Virus record (IMG/VR): IMGVR_UViG_3300025108_000042
Coordinates: 1-63,213 of that record
Source: a virus
Lineage: Duplodnaviria; Caudoviricetes
Reading direction: 5' to 3' (one strand)
DNA length: 63,213 bases
The translations under genes were made by a program, and so were the position numbers. Below are positions 8,195-18,726 of this stretch, one piece after another; positions within the stretch are counted from its first letter, which is position 1, and each line of letters opens with the position of its first letter. The notes below the pieces were generated by a model, which saw only the letters and a list, made by a program, of their open reading frames with translations, was not told the origin of the DNA and ran no database searches.

Positions 8195-11100
8195 TTAATC
8201 AAAATATTCTTTAGGGAATTTATCACTTACATCAAGGTTGTTTAAAATGTAAGACTCTTCGTAATCATCAAAATTAGTTTTAATAATTTTATTTACTTCT
8301 ATCATTTTCTGAGTGTTTCCTTTATAAGCAGCAACTTTAACTACCGAATAATACATTTCTCTTACATCATCCAATATTTTCTTTCTGTGCTCCGGATAAT
8401 CCGTAGTAAGGTAATTCTCATCAAAACTTCTCTTATAGCCTTTAACAGCATATCTAAATTGTTGCACTAAGTCGTACTCATAGTCGCGCACAAAAGCCCT
8501 TTGAGCAATAAGCTTTAAAGTCTCCTTTGGTACATTTACTTTTTCTAGGTTAAAGTCTTTTGGATTTAAACCCTGTAGCTTTAAATATCTTTCAGCTCTT
8601 TCTATCTCTTCATTTTTTCTAGAAGCGTCTCTGTAAGAAGATGTTATTAAAGAAGGTAGAAACTGAGAGCCACCGTACTTAGCCATGTCCATAACACGTT
8701 TAAATGCCGGGTCAGAAGGGTCTGATATTGATCTTCCGTAAACATCTTCGTTTTTAGCCAAAGAGGTTAAAAGATTTACAGCCATGTTAGGCTGTATTGC
8801 ATCACCTAAAATTCCAAAGTAACCACCAAACCCAAACACCTCAGCGTAAGGATCAAATCCGGTGTAGTCATATACACGAACTTTTAAATCATCATCAACA
8901 GATTTAACCCATACCTTGTGGTTTTTTAGCCATCCTGGTCTAACAACAGTTGCATTTTCAAACATCTCTGCTTGTTTTTTTCTTTGCTGTTCTGTCTCTT
9001 CTTCGTCATCAAATCCTAGCATACCAAGTATGCCCCCGTAAGCATATGAAACAGATTTAATTATAGCGTAAGGACCAGATACTCCTACCCATCCAAGACC
9101 GGTAAGTTTTCTGCGGATATCTTTTCTGTATTCTGATTTCTGCTCATCAGATAAAGTATCGTCTGACATTAATGTTTTAATATCATCTCTTACGTTTGCT
9201 ACAATTCTGTATGTACTTCTAAACGCTTCAAAACGGAATCCTTGGAAATCACCAATAGGCATTCTTTGTACAGCTTTACCAAGCTTAGTAATCCTACCCC
9301 ATGTAGGAGTGTTGTCTTTTACACGCTCGGCAGCTTGCGCTCTTACTTTTTTCTGCTGTGCATCATTTAAATTAGCGTATTCGTCACCATAAAGTTTCTT
9401 AGCGAACGACTCCCTTTCGTTTTGATAGATAGACATTTTACCAAAGTCATCAATTGCAGCGTAAGTAGACCCTAGATCTGCAATAACTTTTTTACCCATG
9501 TTTCGTACCTTACCTACATACTTATCGTAGAAAGATTTATCCCCAGTTACGGAGAAATAGTATGAGAATCCAGAAAGACCAATTTGATTTACATTAAACG
9601 ATTGACCTATCGCTCCATTCTCTGCAAGCTCAGTAAGCATGTCCATGTATTTTTGATCTCCATTTAGGATACCTTCAGCCATAGACTTTATATTCTTAGC
9701 TTGTTTTGTAGGGTTAAACCATCCGTTAGCCCAGTTAAAATACATTGTACCTATAACGTTCTTACCCCATGTCGGGCTATTCAATATAACGTTAACCATA
9801 CGTAGGTTCTTCAATGCAAAGAAGTAACCACTCCAGAATCCACCCGCTAAACCATCTTTATCAGTTTCGTAAATAGGTTTAGACTGTATGATTTCAGTAA
9901 TATCATTATGAACCCACTTCGTGTTTAAAGGACTCATAGGGTCATTAATCTGCTTGTATGTAGCCTTTTGTCTTTCTTTAATTTTATTATTAGAAATAAT
10001 CATTGGCTCCTGACTAACGCGGTCTAATATCAGTTTCTTCTGTGGCTTAGTAAGCTTAGAGAAATCTTTATTAAACTCTTCTTTAGCGTAAACATCTTTT
10101 AGGTTGTCTTCTATACCATCAGCAATCATTTCAACCATCTTACCTTTTTCGTAGATGTTAAACAGCACCTCACCTGTTGCAGCCATCTGTGCAATAGGGT
10201 CTTTAACCTCACCAAGAAGCTCTCTGATATGTACTGGTAGATCTTTCTTTTCTAAGAAGGCACTGTTAGGAATGTTTGTTCCCTTACCTTGAGCTCTCAT
10301 CTTTTTTCTGTTATCAAGAAGCTCGGTATATTCTTTAATAAGGTTGTCGATGTTTCGCTTAGACTCATCTAGAAGCAACTCTCTCTTAGAGTATCCTTTG
10401 TTATCACCTTTTGTAGCTTTTAACAATGTAGACTCAATAGCTTGTTCTCTGGTATATCCAGCCTCGTTAATAAGCTTGTTGATCCAGTTATTGTAAAGAA
10501 CTAAAAACTCTTCTTCTACAGCTTTGTTTCGCTCGTTCTTACCTAGATTTAAATACTTACCTAAAGATCCAAACTTAAACTTGTAAGTAGGGTCATCAAA
10601 AAACCTGTAAGAGCGGTGCATATATGTACCAATATTCTCTAATATGTTTTCCTTTGTTTCTTTAGGCAACTTAGAGAATGTACTATCTGTTACTAAAGCA
10701 GCAGATTTTTCGTCTATAATGGCACGAACAGCCCTTAAATTCTTAAGTATACGCTCACCGTTTTTCAACTCAAGTATATCATCAACAACAGCTGATTTGT
10801 CAGCCTCCATCATAAACCTATTGGCTAACCCTCTTGCTTTAACAATATACTCAGTGTCTATACCTCTTTTCTTGCGGCTCACCCAGTTACCACCAAGGTC
10901 ATTATTCAGCTCTCGTAAAATCTTTCCTAGACCCTTCATACCTATAGAGACTTTAGAAGATCTTATCTCTTCCATTTTAATAATCTCTTTCTGTACTTGG
11001 TTCCATTTAAAACCTTTAATCTTTTCTAAAGCAGATTGCAGTCTTGATGGATAGTCTAATTCTTCGTCTGTTGGAGGCTCATACCCTTGTTTTTCTTTAA

Positions 11101-14100
11101 ACTCTGGGGTACTTTCCTCTATTGTTACGTAATCAACACTTCCTTCAAATATAGAAACGCCAGTACTTGCTTGATCAATAACCGGAGTATCACTCATTTT
11201 TTTCACTGCACTTGCAGTGCTTGATACTTTTGGATCTTCGCTTGGTCCTACTAAAATTGCACTACGACCATGTCTACCAGCATCTACAGCAATTGTTCTT
11301 GCCCATTCGGCAGCTGATATACTAGGGTCTACAAAAGCAAAGTAAGTTGGGATTAAAGCCTGGTCTAATATAAGGTGACCAAACTTTCCGCTATTATTAA
11401 TTTTTAATTTGCTTAAGAATTTTGCAAGCTTTATGCTGTCTAATAAAGGAGCAGGTCTTTCTGAAAACGGCTCGTATAATTCTTTTCTTGAGAATGAATA
11501 TACCGGAGCTGGAACAATGTTTTCCGGCTTCTTGGTATCTGGTTTACTTGATGTTCTATCATTAAAGGTCGCAAACTTACCGCTATCTAGATTAATAATT
11601 ATACCATCTAACAGTGTAACTCCAGGTACTGATTTTATATATTTTGAAAATTTGCGATAAACATTTAAGTCTCCAGAACTTTCCTTTAAATTACCAGAAG
11701 GGTGGTTATGAATAAAAGTCACAAAAACCTCTTCTCCTTTTAAATCAAATCTAGCAGCATCTATAAGCCCACCAACTTGTATCATATCAACTACAGCTGA
11801 ATTTTGAGTACCTGTTCCGAGCCAAATGGTTTTATAATCCCCTTTTTTGGTACTAACCACAAGGAACATGTTTTCAGAAGTAGCTGACTCAAGATGACGC
11901 AATAAAAACGCGACATCACTAGGACCGTTTATCTTCTCTGGACCGGTAAGGCTAAAAGCCTCATTCTGTTCGTATATTCTTTGCTGTAGAGTAAACTCTT
12001 CAGTTTTGTTTTTAGCTACCATAGAGCTTTTAAAACGTATTGGTCCGAGTTGTTTACTGTTTACTACTTGGGTTTTTTGATCAGTATAGGATCCAGAAGG
12101 CGCTGCATCTGTTCCTGTAAGCTCTTCTGTCTTTGGATACTTAACAGCTATAACCTCTTCATCTTTTGTCAAAGCTTCAAACCCTAGTCTCTTGGCTACA
12201 TTCTCTTCTGTTTCGTTAAAAGCTTTGGCGACAGCTGACACATATTGTTTTACTACATCTAAACCCTCTTTCCTTAGGTCTTTAATATCTTGTATTAGTG
12301 TGCTTTCAGTTGCGTAATCGCTAAAACTATCCGCATCAAACCCATCCATTACAAGTCTCTTAGATCCTTTACCTTTACTTAAAGCATCAAACGCTTTGGC
12401 TTGTGTAATGAGGTCAAATCCATACATCCCATTATTGCCCCACATTACTTGATTTACTTTCTTTGGATCAAATTTTCCAGTAACACTTTTTTTAAGCCAT
12501 GGATTAGCAAGATTCTGGAAGTAGTCTTCCTCTAAAGCTGATACAGCCTCAATGCCTTTTAAACCTTTGTACTTAAAATCAAGAACATCCTTTACACCTT
12601 TAGCAGCTCCCTTGTCTGAACCATATATCATTACATTTTCAGGTGCATCCTTAGTGCGTTTTCTCTTTGGGTTTTTGTCGTACCCGCCTTCATAAATATC
12701 TAATCTTATAGATATTCCACTACCAAGATTCATTATCTTTTTAGCAACTTCCCACCATTCTTTATTAGGTACTGTAAATTCAACGCCTTTACCTTTTTCA
12801 AAACTATAAAAGTTATTAAGATCTTCTGCTGAAGGAACAAAACCTTTAGCTATTTCAGCCTCCTCTTTAGTCAGCTTAACACCAGCAATAATCGTTTCTT
12901 CTTCTTTAATATCCTTTTCAGTGTAATTTTTTAGTTTAGAAAACTCACTGTCATCCATCTGCTTAATAGCATCAGCAAAAGTCAAAACCTTGCTTACGCC
13001 ATCAATAGTTACAGTGTCATATAATATTTTATTTACACCAATATCATCAGCTACACTTTTAATGTATTGCTTAATAGTATTAATCGCTTTTTTGCGAGAG
13101 TCAATAAGTAGATCTTTAGGTCTAGTTTCTTCAGACATACTATTTATAGACCCGTTGTAGCTTTCTACTAATTCAACAATCTTCTTCTTTACTTCCTGAA
13201 TATTATTCTTCTGATATTCTGGACCTATAAAGCCATATTTAGTTTTTGGGTTTGAACCCTCAAGGAACTTTTTATTTTTAGCACCTTTTTCATCAGCTTC
13301 TATTACTATACCAATACCGAACTCGCCAATATCCTTCATTTTTTCTATGTCAGATTCTGACTTCAAGCTTATTGCAGAGACAGTCTCAGCATCAATAATA
13401 TCTTGCTTGTTAGGTATAGACTTTTTCTTTGGCTGTGCTTTTTGCTCTGGCTTAGAGAAAACTTTTTGCTCTTGTTCTGGAGCTTCTTCTTTTTTTAATC
13501 CAGCGTCTATTAGAATTTGATCTTTAGTAAACTTAGAAGAGTTTGCAGTATACTTACTTAAAGAACCACCAGCCTTCAGGCTGCTTAGAATGTCGTACTG
13601 ACCACTACCTCTGTTTATAGGAATAGCCTTCCATACTCTTTTAGGGTATATTTCTCTTCTTCCAAAGTATTCTACCCTGTCATTCTTCATTCTATACCTT
13701 TCAATACTGTCTAAAGGTTTTGATACAAGCTCGCTTTTTGAAGTTTCTTTTCCTCCGTTAAGTACTTTTTGTTTCTGTATCTCAGTATTTATAATAGCAG
13801 CAGTAACAAGTTGAATAAACTCATCTGGGTTCATTTTACCTGTTATGGTTTTGGCGTAGAACTCTTCCTCGTTTCTGTAGAACGGAGCCTTATTACCAGA
13901 CATTATCTCCTTTCTTACCATAAGGCGAGATGCAATGTCTAATTCTAAATCGGGTAACGGAGCTCCTGTTGTTCTTATACTAGGTATAGTTCTACCCTCA
14001 AGTTCCTTATTTATTTCACGCTTTTTATCTAAGTCGCTTTCATCATCCTCTTTTTTTGCTGCTACCTCAGGTTCAGGCGCTGCCTCTGGTTGAGATTCCT

Positions 14101-16375
14101 TCTCTGTGGATGGAGCTACTTCAGCTTTTATTTCTTGTTCTGGAGCTTGCTTAGTATCTGGAGCTGTTTCTGGAGTGGGAGCGACTTCAGTTTTTGGAGC
14201 CGGGGCAAGCTGTTGGTTGATTTTTTCATCTTGTTTAGCTAAATTTTCTAATTGCTGTTCTAATTCTTCTTGCTCGTACTGGCTTGTAATAATGTTGTAA
14301 GCAACCTCATCGCCTATATTACCTCTAAAGGTCCTTTTAGTGCCGTTTGCTGCATCTAAATTAACAGATACTATATTTCCTTGCTCGTCACGGTTAATTG
14401 CTGCTAGAGGGTCGCTATAGTTGTTCTGATATTGCTCACCACGAATAGTGATATTGTTACCATCAATCGATACAATCTCCTCAGCTTTTGCCAGTCCAAG
14501 CTCATCAGCAAATTTGCCGTTAAGATCGTCTATATTTCCAAGCTCAATTATATCCCCATCGTCAGTCAACAAAGATCTCTTGCCAGCTCCTTCATCAATA
14601 ATACGACCAGCAACTTGCTTGCCCGAAGGAGACTTCATAGTTACGCGACCTTCAATAAGGTCTTCAAATCGATCTGGTTGTACCGCTTTGTCTACTTCTA
14701 AGTCAATGGTAACTGGAGTAGGTTCATCTTCTGGTACAAATGTTTCTTTTGGAGCAGCCGGTTTAGTTTCAACTGTGCCAATTATATCTGTTTTCTTTTT
14801 ATTAAGCTCTAATTCTAATTTCTCAATTTGAGACTTGATTAAATTAGCAGCCGTTTCTGACTCAGTACCCTCTAATCTCTGCTTCTTGTCAAGAATAACA
14901 GCTTCAAGGTTTCTAATCTCATCAATCTGTTCGTCAGTAGCTTTTTTAATAAGTGCGTTCTCTTCATCGCTACGATACCTAGATTCAATTTCATCCTTCT
15001 CAACAAAAAGCTCTACAGCTTCTGTTTGTAAAAGATACAGTTGAGAATCGTCAGAAGTAAGTTTTCTTTTCTTAGCAATGTTGTTTAATGCGTTATCAAT
15101 ATCTCTGATTCTTTTTTGGTCCTCAGTAGAGAACTTACTAAAGAACTCAACGTCTTGATCAATCAATGTACGCAATGAAGATATATTCTTATTGATCATG
15201 TCATCAATAACATTTACTTCTTCTTGTGAGGCTTCTTTCTTCTTTTCCTCTAGCTCTTTTAGCTGTTGTGCTTTTTTTGCACGAGCTTTTTCGTTCTTAA
15301 TAGAACCACGAGCGCTCATTCCGTTTGCTGTTACAATTGTACCGCCACCGGCAGTCATACCTATTAGAAAATCGTCAACAAGCTTATTTACATCAAAAGG
15401 TTTTCCTTCTTTAACTCCAACGACCATCTGGTCAAACGAGTTTACCAAAGCTTCCTCAAAGCCTTCTTCCAATCCGCTTTTAGCCAATTGCTTGTATATG
15501 TCACTCGCTTTTACACTCTGTATAAAAGATTGTCTGTATGCTTCAGTGGAAGCCTGTTTAGAGAATATCTTTCTAAATGCCGCAAGGTCGGCTCCCCCCA
15601 TTTTCTCTGCCAATCCCTCTACAACACCTGCTGCCGTAGCAAACATTAGTTTCTCTGACGGAGAATACACTGGATTATTTTCAATCTCACGATACTTATT
15701 ACCACCAGCACTTACAGCAACTACACCTATACCTGTTGTAGCAGCTAAGGCAACCGAAGGTATAGCCTCTGTAGCACCACTAACCAATAAAAAAGCTGAT
15801 TTAGATATTTTACCATCTTGCGCTAAACCTACAATCCCTCTTTCAGCCTCCTCTTTAGTAATGCCAGCATTTGTATTACGAGTATTTCTATAGAATTCTG
15901 CGTTAGCAGCAAAGGTATCTGCGGCTTTTTCTATAAAGTTAGGATCTTCAAGTGATGTTATTGATTCAAATAAAGGACTATTGAATCCACCCGGCATTCC
16001 AGAAGAGCGAGCAAAATCGTAAGCCATATTAGCGTAGTCAAGTATACCGCCTACAACACTATTAGATCCACCTACTAATTCTGATAAAAAAGGAGTCTTT
16101 GCCGCACCTCTAGCAAAAGCGCGATCAGCCTCTTTAAGAGACTCAAAGAAAGGATTTGGCGGTGTTTCAACCTCTGTAGATACTGATGGTCCAACCAAAG
16201 ATTCTCCAGCTGTAGCTTCTTTTTTTTTTGGAGCGTAATCTACTTGCCCCTTGTATACAGGGTACTTCTCTAATATTGCGTCAACCAATACAGAATCTTC
16301 GTATTCGTTATACTCTGGATACTTAGCCTTTATCTGTGATGCAAAATCCTGTACAGAGAGTTTATCTTGAGGCAT
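8195..16375 (-). CDS. Giant internal virion/ejection protein (2726 aa) with an embedded JAB/RadC domain
   Basis: Size and position after the tail genes; E...IHNHPSGNLKESSGD...LLDGII motif. Confidence 0.75.
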   Translation of the reverse strand: MPQDKLSVQDFASQIKAKYPEYNEYEDSVLVDAILEKYPVYKGQVDYAPKKKEATAGESLVGPSVSTEVETPPNPFFESLKEADRAFARGAAKTPFLSELVGGSNSVVGGILDYANMAYDFARSSGMPGGFNSPLFESITSLEDPNFIEKAADTFAANAEFYRNTRNTNAGITKEEAERGIVGLAQDGKISKSAFLLVSGATEAIPSVALAATTGIGVVAVSAGGNKYREIENNPVYSPSEKLMFATAAGVVEGLAEKMGGADLAAFRKIFSKQASTEAYRQSFIQSVKASDIYKQLAKSGLEEGFEEALVNSFDQMVVGVKEGKPFDVNKLVDDFLIGMTAGGGTIVTANGMSARGSIKNEKARAKKAQQLKELEEKKKEASQEEVNVIDDMINKNISSLRTLIDQDVEFFSKFSTEDQKRIRDIDNALNNIAKKRKLTSDDSQLYLLQTEAVELFVEKDEIESRYRSDEENALIKKATDEQIDEIRNLEAVILDKKQRLEGTESETAANLIKSQIEKLELELNKKKTDIIGTVETKPAAPKETFVPEDEPTPVTIDLEVDKAVQPDRFEDLIEGRVTMKSPSGKQVAGRIIDEGAGKRSLLTDDGDIIELGNIDDLNGKFADELGLAKAEEIVSIDGNNITIRGEQYQNNYSDPLAAINRDEQGNIVSVNLDAANGTKRTFRGNIGDEVAYNIITSQYEQEELEQQLENLAKQDEKINQQLAPAPKTEVAPTPETAPDTKQAPEQEIKAEVAPSTEKESQPEAAPEPEVAAKKEDDESDLDKKREINKELEGRTIPSIRTTGAPLPDLELDIASRLMVRKEIMSGNKAPFYRNEEEFYAKTITGKMNPDEFIQLVTAAIINTEIQKQKVLNGGKETSKSELVSKPLDSIERYRMKNDRVEYFGRREIYPKRVWKAIPINRGSGQYDILSSLKAGGSLSKYTANSSKFTKDQILIDAGLKKEEAPEQEQKVFSKPEQKAQPKKKSIPNKQDIIDAETVSAISLKSESDIEKMKDIGEFGIGIVIEADEKGAKNKKFLEGSNPKTKYGFIGPEYQKNNIQEVKKKIVELVESYNGSINSMSEETRPKDLLIDSRKKAINTIKQYIKSVADDIGVNKILYDTVTIDGVSKVLTFADAIKQMDDSEFSKLKNYTEKDIKEEETIIAGVKLTKEEAEIAKGFVPSAEDLNNFYSFEKGKGVEFTVPNKEWWEVAKKIMNLGSGISIRLDIYEGGYDKNPKRKRTKDAPENVMIYGSDKGAAKGVKDVLDFKYKGLKGIEAVSALEEDYFQNLANPWLKKSVTGKFDPKKVNQVMWGNNGMYGFDLITQAKAFDALSKGKGSKRLVMDGFDADSFSDYATESTLIQDIKDLRKEGLDVVKQYVSAVAKAFNETEENVAKRLGFEALTKDEEVIAVKYPKTEELTGTDAAPSGSYTDQKTQVVNSKQLGPIRFKSSMVAKNKTEEFTLQQRIYEQNEAFSLTGPEKINGPSDVAFLLRHLESATSENMFLVVSTKKGDYKTIWLGTGTQNSAVVDMIQVGGLIDAARFDLKGEEVFVTFIHNHPSGNLKESSGDLNVYRKFSKYIKSVPGVTLLDGIIINLDSGKFATFNDRTSSKPDTKKPENIVPAPVYSFSRKELYEPFSERPAPLLDSIKLAKFLSKLKINNSGKFGHLILDQALIPTYFAFVDPSISAAEWARTIAVDAGRHGRSAILVGPSEDPKVSSTASAVKKMSDTPVIDQASTGVSIFEGSVDYVTIEESTPEFKEKQGYEPPTDEELDYPSRLQSALEKIKGFKWNQVQKEIIKMEEIRSSKVSIGMKGLGKILRELNNDLGGNWVSRKKRGIDTEYIVKARGLANRFMMEADKSAVVDDILELKNGERILKNLRAVRAIIDEKSAALVTDSTFSKLPKETKENILENIGTYMHRSYRFFDDPTYKFKFGSLGKYLNLGKNERNKAVEEEFLVLYNNWINKLINEAGYTREQAIESTLLKATKGDNKGYSKRELLLDESKRNIDNLIKEYTELLDNRKKMRAQGKGTNIPNSAFLEKKDLPVHIRELLGEVKDPIAQMAATGEVLFNIYEKGKMVEMIADGIEDNLKDVYAKEEFNKDFSKLTKPQKKLILDRVSQEPMIISNNKIKERQKATYKQINDPMSPLNTKWVHNDITEIIQSKPIYETDKDGLAGGFWSGYFFALKNLRMVNVILNSPTWGKNVIGTMYFNWANGWFNPTKQAKNIKSMAEGILNGDQKYMDMLTELAENGAIGQSFNVNQIGLSGFSYYFSVTGDKSFYDKYVGKVRNMGKKVIADLGSTYAAIDDFGKMSIYQNERESFAKKLYGDEYANLNDAQQKKVRAQAAERVKDNTPTWGRITKLGKAVQRMPIGDFQGFRFEAFRSTYRIVANVRDDIKTLMSDDTLSDEQKSEYRKDIRRKLTGLGWVGVSGPYAIIKSVSYAYGGILGMLGFDDEEETEQQRKKQAEMFENATVVRPGWLKNHKVWVKSVDDDLKVRVYDYTGFDPYAEVFGFGGYFGILGDAIQPNMAVNLLTSLAKNEDVYGRSISDPSDPAFKRVMDMAKYGGSQFLPSLITSSYRDASRKNEEIERAERYLKLQGLNPKDFNLEKVNVPKETLKLIAQRAFVRDYEYDLVQQFRYAVKGYKRSFDENYLTTDYPEHRKKILDDVREMYYSVVKVAAYKGNTQKMIEVNKIIKTNFDDYEESYILNNLDVSDKFPKEYFD

Positions 16376-16399
16376 ATTGATTATTTTTTATTAATCTTT

Positions 16400-17773
16400 T
16401 TACGATTGAGGTAATTTTAGATTTAATGGATTACCGTTAGACGAAGGTACGGAATTTTGACTGCTTACACCCAGTGGATTAGCAACGTCCGCAGCAAGAG
16501 GGAGCTGACCTTTTTTAGCAGAATCTATTAAACTTCTGATACCAGGATTGCTATTGAGTTTTGCAATTTCGTCTGGTTTAGCAGGTCTAACAGTTGTGTA
16601 TACATCTCTATTAGCGTCAGCATCAACACCTGGTAAGTTACCTACGATAGCCATAACTCCTGGAGGGAGAGTATTTCCTTTTTTATCTTTAAAAGCTCCT
16701 TGAACCTTTATCAATACTTCTCCATTTCCGTCAACCATTACCTCTAAGATGTCTTCTTTAAGCTCTTTAGCTCTACCTTGGGCATCTTTCGCACTACCGT
16801 ACTTGTTAGAAGTTTCAATAATATCAGATTCCGGTATAGGGAACGCTGTAATATCGTTAGCACTAGGATTCTTAGCTCCGTATATCAGCATACTAGGAAC
16901 CTTGTACCCTCTTACATCTTTGTAAGATTCAATAGCCTTACCAGACTCACTAGTAGGTTTAGTTTCTCTAGGTATTAATGATAAAAAATCTTTAACAACA
17001 GCTTCATTGTATCTGTTTTGGAAAGAGAATAGTCTATCTTCCGGTTGTTGAACTATAAATTGAAACTGCTGTTCATTTCTAATTTGTTTTTCCCTACCTA
17101 GTAAGCCAGCGTCAATACCTCCCCAAACAGTAGCTTTTAAAACATTATCTGAATAAGGGTCGTTCATGCGAGAATCCAAAAGCTCTCTAACAGCGTTTTC
17201 GGCAGCGGCTAAGTTTACCTGACCAGTAGTGGGGTTTGTAAATTCATTTTTAATACGGTCGCTTAAATCACTATAGAATTGATTTGCGGTTGTATTAGGA
17301 TCGTTTATTTCAAAGTCTTTACGTTTCGGCAAAACATAATCACTCATAGCTAACAAGCTGTTAGGAGTCTGAGGTGTAAATCTATACGACTGTGATGTCA
17401 AATCATACTCGTCAAAGCTAACGCCAAATCCAGCGGGATCAGCTCTAAATGCTGCGGTGTTGGTGTGATAGCTTTCTGTTAGTTGTTTTGCTGTTCCGGC
17501 TAAACGAGAGTAGTTAGCATAAGCATTGTCTAGAGCTCTTCTACTGCCTACATTATCATCAGTAGCGACACCACTCATAGCCTGCTCTACTTGATTCCAT
17601 TGTGATTGAACAGCTGGTATAAAACCTTCTAAATAGTTCTCTCCTGTCTGCTTATAATCTTTAATGAAATTATAAGAAGCTGCCTTCTCTTTCTTTATTT
17701 GGTCTTGACGTAGCTGCGCCATTCCAAGAAAGTCTGGTGTCTGAATTATAGTGCTTGGTACAAACTCCTCCAT
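16400..17773 (-). CDS. Putative internal virion protein
   Basis: Position in the ejection-protein cluster. Confidence 0.55.
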   Translation of the reverse strand: MEEFVPSTIIQTPDFLGMAQLRQDQIKKEKAASYNFIKDYKQTGENYLEGFIPAVQSQWNQVEQAMSGVATDDNVGSRRALDNAYANYSRLAGTAKQLTESYHTNTAAFRADPAGFGVSFDEYDLTSQSYRFTPQTPNSLLAMSDYVLPKRKDFEINDPNTTANQFYSDLSDRIKNEFTNPTTGQVNLAAAENAVRELLDSRMNDPYSDNVLKATVWGGIDAGLLGREKQIRNEQQFQFIVQQPEDRLFSFQNRYNEAVVKDFLSLIPRETKPTSESGKAIESYKDVRGYKVPSMLIYGAKNPSANDITAFPIPESDIIETSNKYGSAKDAQGRAKELKEDILEVMVDGNGEVLIKVQGAFKDKKGNTLPPGVMAIVGNLPGVDADANRDVYTTVRPAKPDEIAKLNSNPGIRSLIDSAKKGQLPLAADVANPLGVSSQNSVPSSNGNPLNLKLPQS

Positions 17774-18708
17774 TATTTAAATCTTTTTGTCTTTAACAGA
17801 TTACGGAAGAACTTTGATTCTTTAGATATAGCCTTTGCCTGTTTTGGGTTTAACACATATTCTCCTCCTGTCATTTCTCCAACAACTTCTCCGTCCTGAA
17901 TCATATGTATAGGATTAGTCTCATGACTAAACTCTCCTGAAGTCTGCATAACACCACCATGTCTAAAATTATTCATTTGACCAATAGCTTTGAGTGCCTC
18001 TTCTTCTTCTGGAGTTAAGTCCATCATAGCGCTTGAAGTAGGTTTATACATATCAGCAATACCAGCTGTATTTACACCATTATTTATAAGAGCGTCAGCC
18101 GGTTGTGATATACCAAATTCATTTTGAGAATTTTTCCGACCAATATCTAAAGTTTTTTCTGGATCAAGTTCATTTTCAACTTCCTCTTGTTTATTTCTTT
18201 GAGCAAGCCCGTAACCAACAGTTCTTCCAATGTCGCTTAGTCCACCAACGGTATTTTGAACACCAGCGTTAATAGCGTTTTGAAATCCTCTTTTTTCTAT
18301 CATTTCACGCTGAGTGTCACGATTAATTTTTCTTTCAGAACCCATAGCTCCAGCACCTAGTGCAGACATAATATCTCTTTGCTGTTGTGTTAGCATCTGG
18401 TTTGTAGCTCTTGATCCTGACTCGACAACCTTGCCTATACCGCCAATAACGGCTCGTGAACCTGACTGCTGCAAGGCATCTGTAGAAGTTGCTAAAGCTT
18501 TATTTATCTCACCAATACGTTGTTGTACAGCTTGACCAGATTTAGCTTGTTTTAACATCTCGGCATATTCAGCAGGTCGCATGCGTGAAGCTTCTTGTAC
18601 TCCAGCTAAACCAGCCTTACCAGCACGCTGCTGATATAAACCATAACCAGTCTTACCTAGACCGGCTACACCTTGAGCTACGAGAAGTGACATTGTAATT
18701 GGATCCAT
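17773..18708 (-). CDS. Putative internal virion (pilot-like) protein
   Basis: MDPIT start, Gly/Ala/Gln-rich; C-terminal GEFSH...EMTGGEYVLNP. Confidence 0.6.
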   Translation of the reverse strand: MDPITMSLLVAQGVAGLGKTGYGLYQQRAGKAGLAGVQEASRMRPAEYAEMLKQAKSGQAVQQRIGEINKALATSTDALQQSGSRAVIGGIGKVVESGSRATNQMLTQQQRDIMSALGAGAMGSERKINRDTQREMIEKRGFQNAINAGVQNTVGGLSDIGRTVGYGLAQRNKQEEVENELDPEKTLDIGRKNSQNEFGISQPADALINNGVNTAGIADMYKPTSSAMMDLTPEEEEALKAIGQMNNFRHGGVMQTSGEFSHETNPIHMIQDGEVVGEMTGGEYVLNPKQAKAISKESKFFRNLLKTKRFK

Positions 18709-18726
18709 AGTGCAAATTTACGTATT

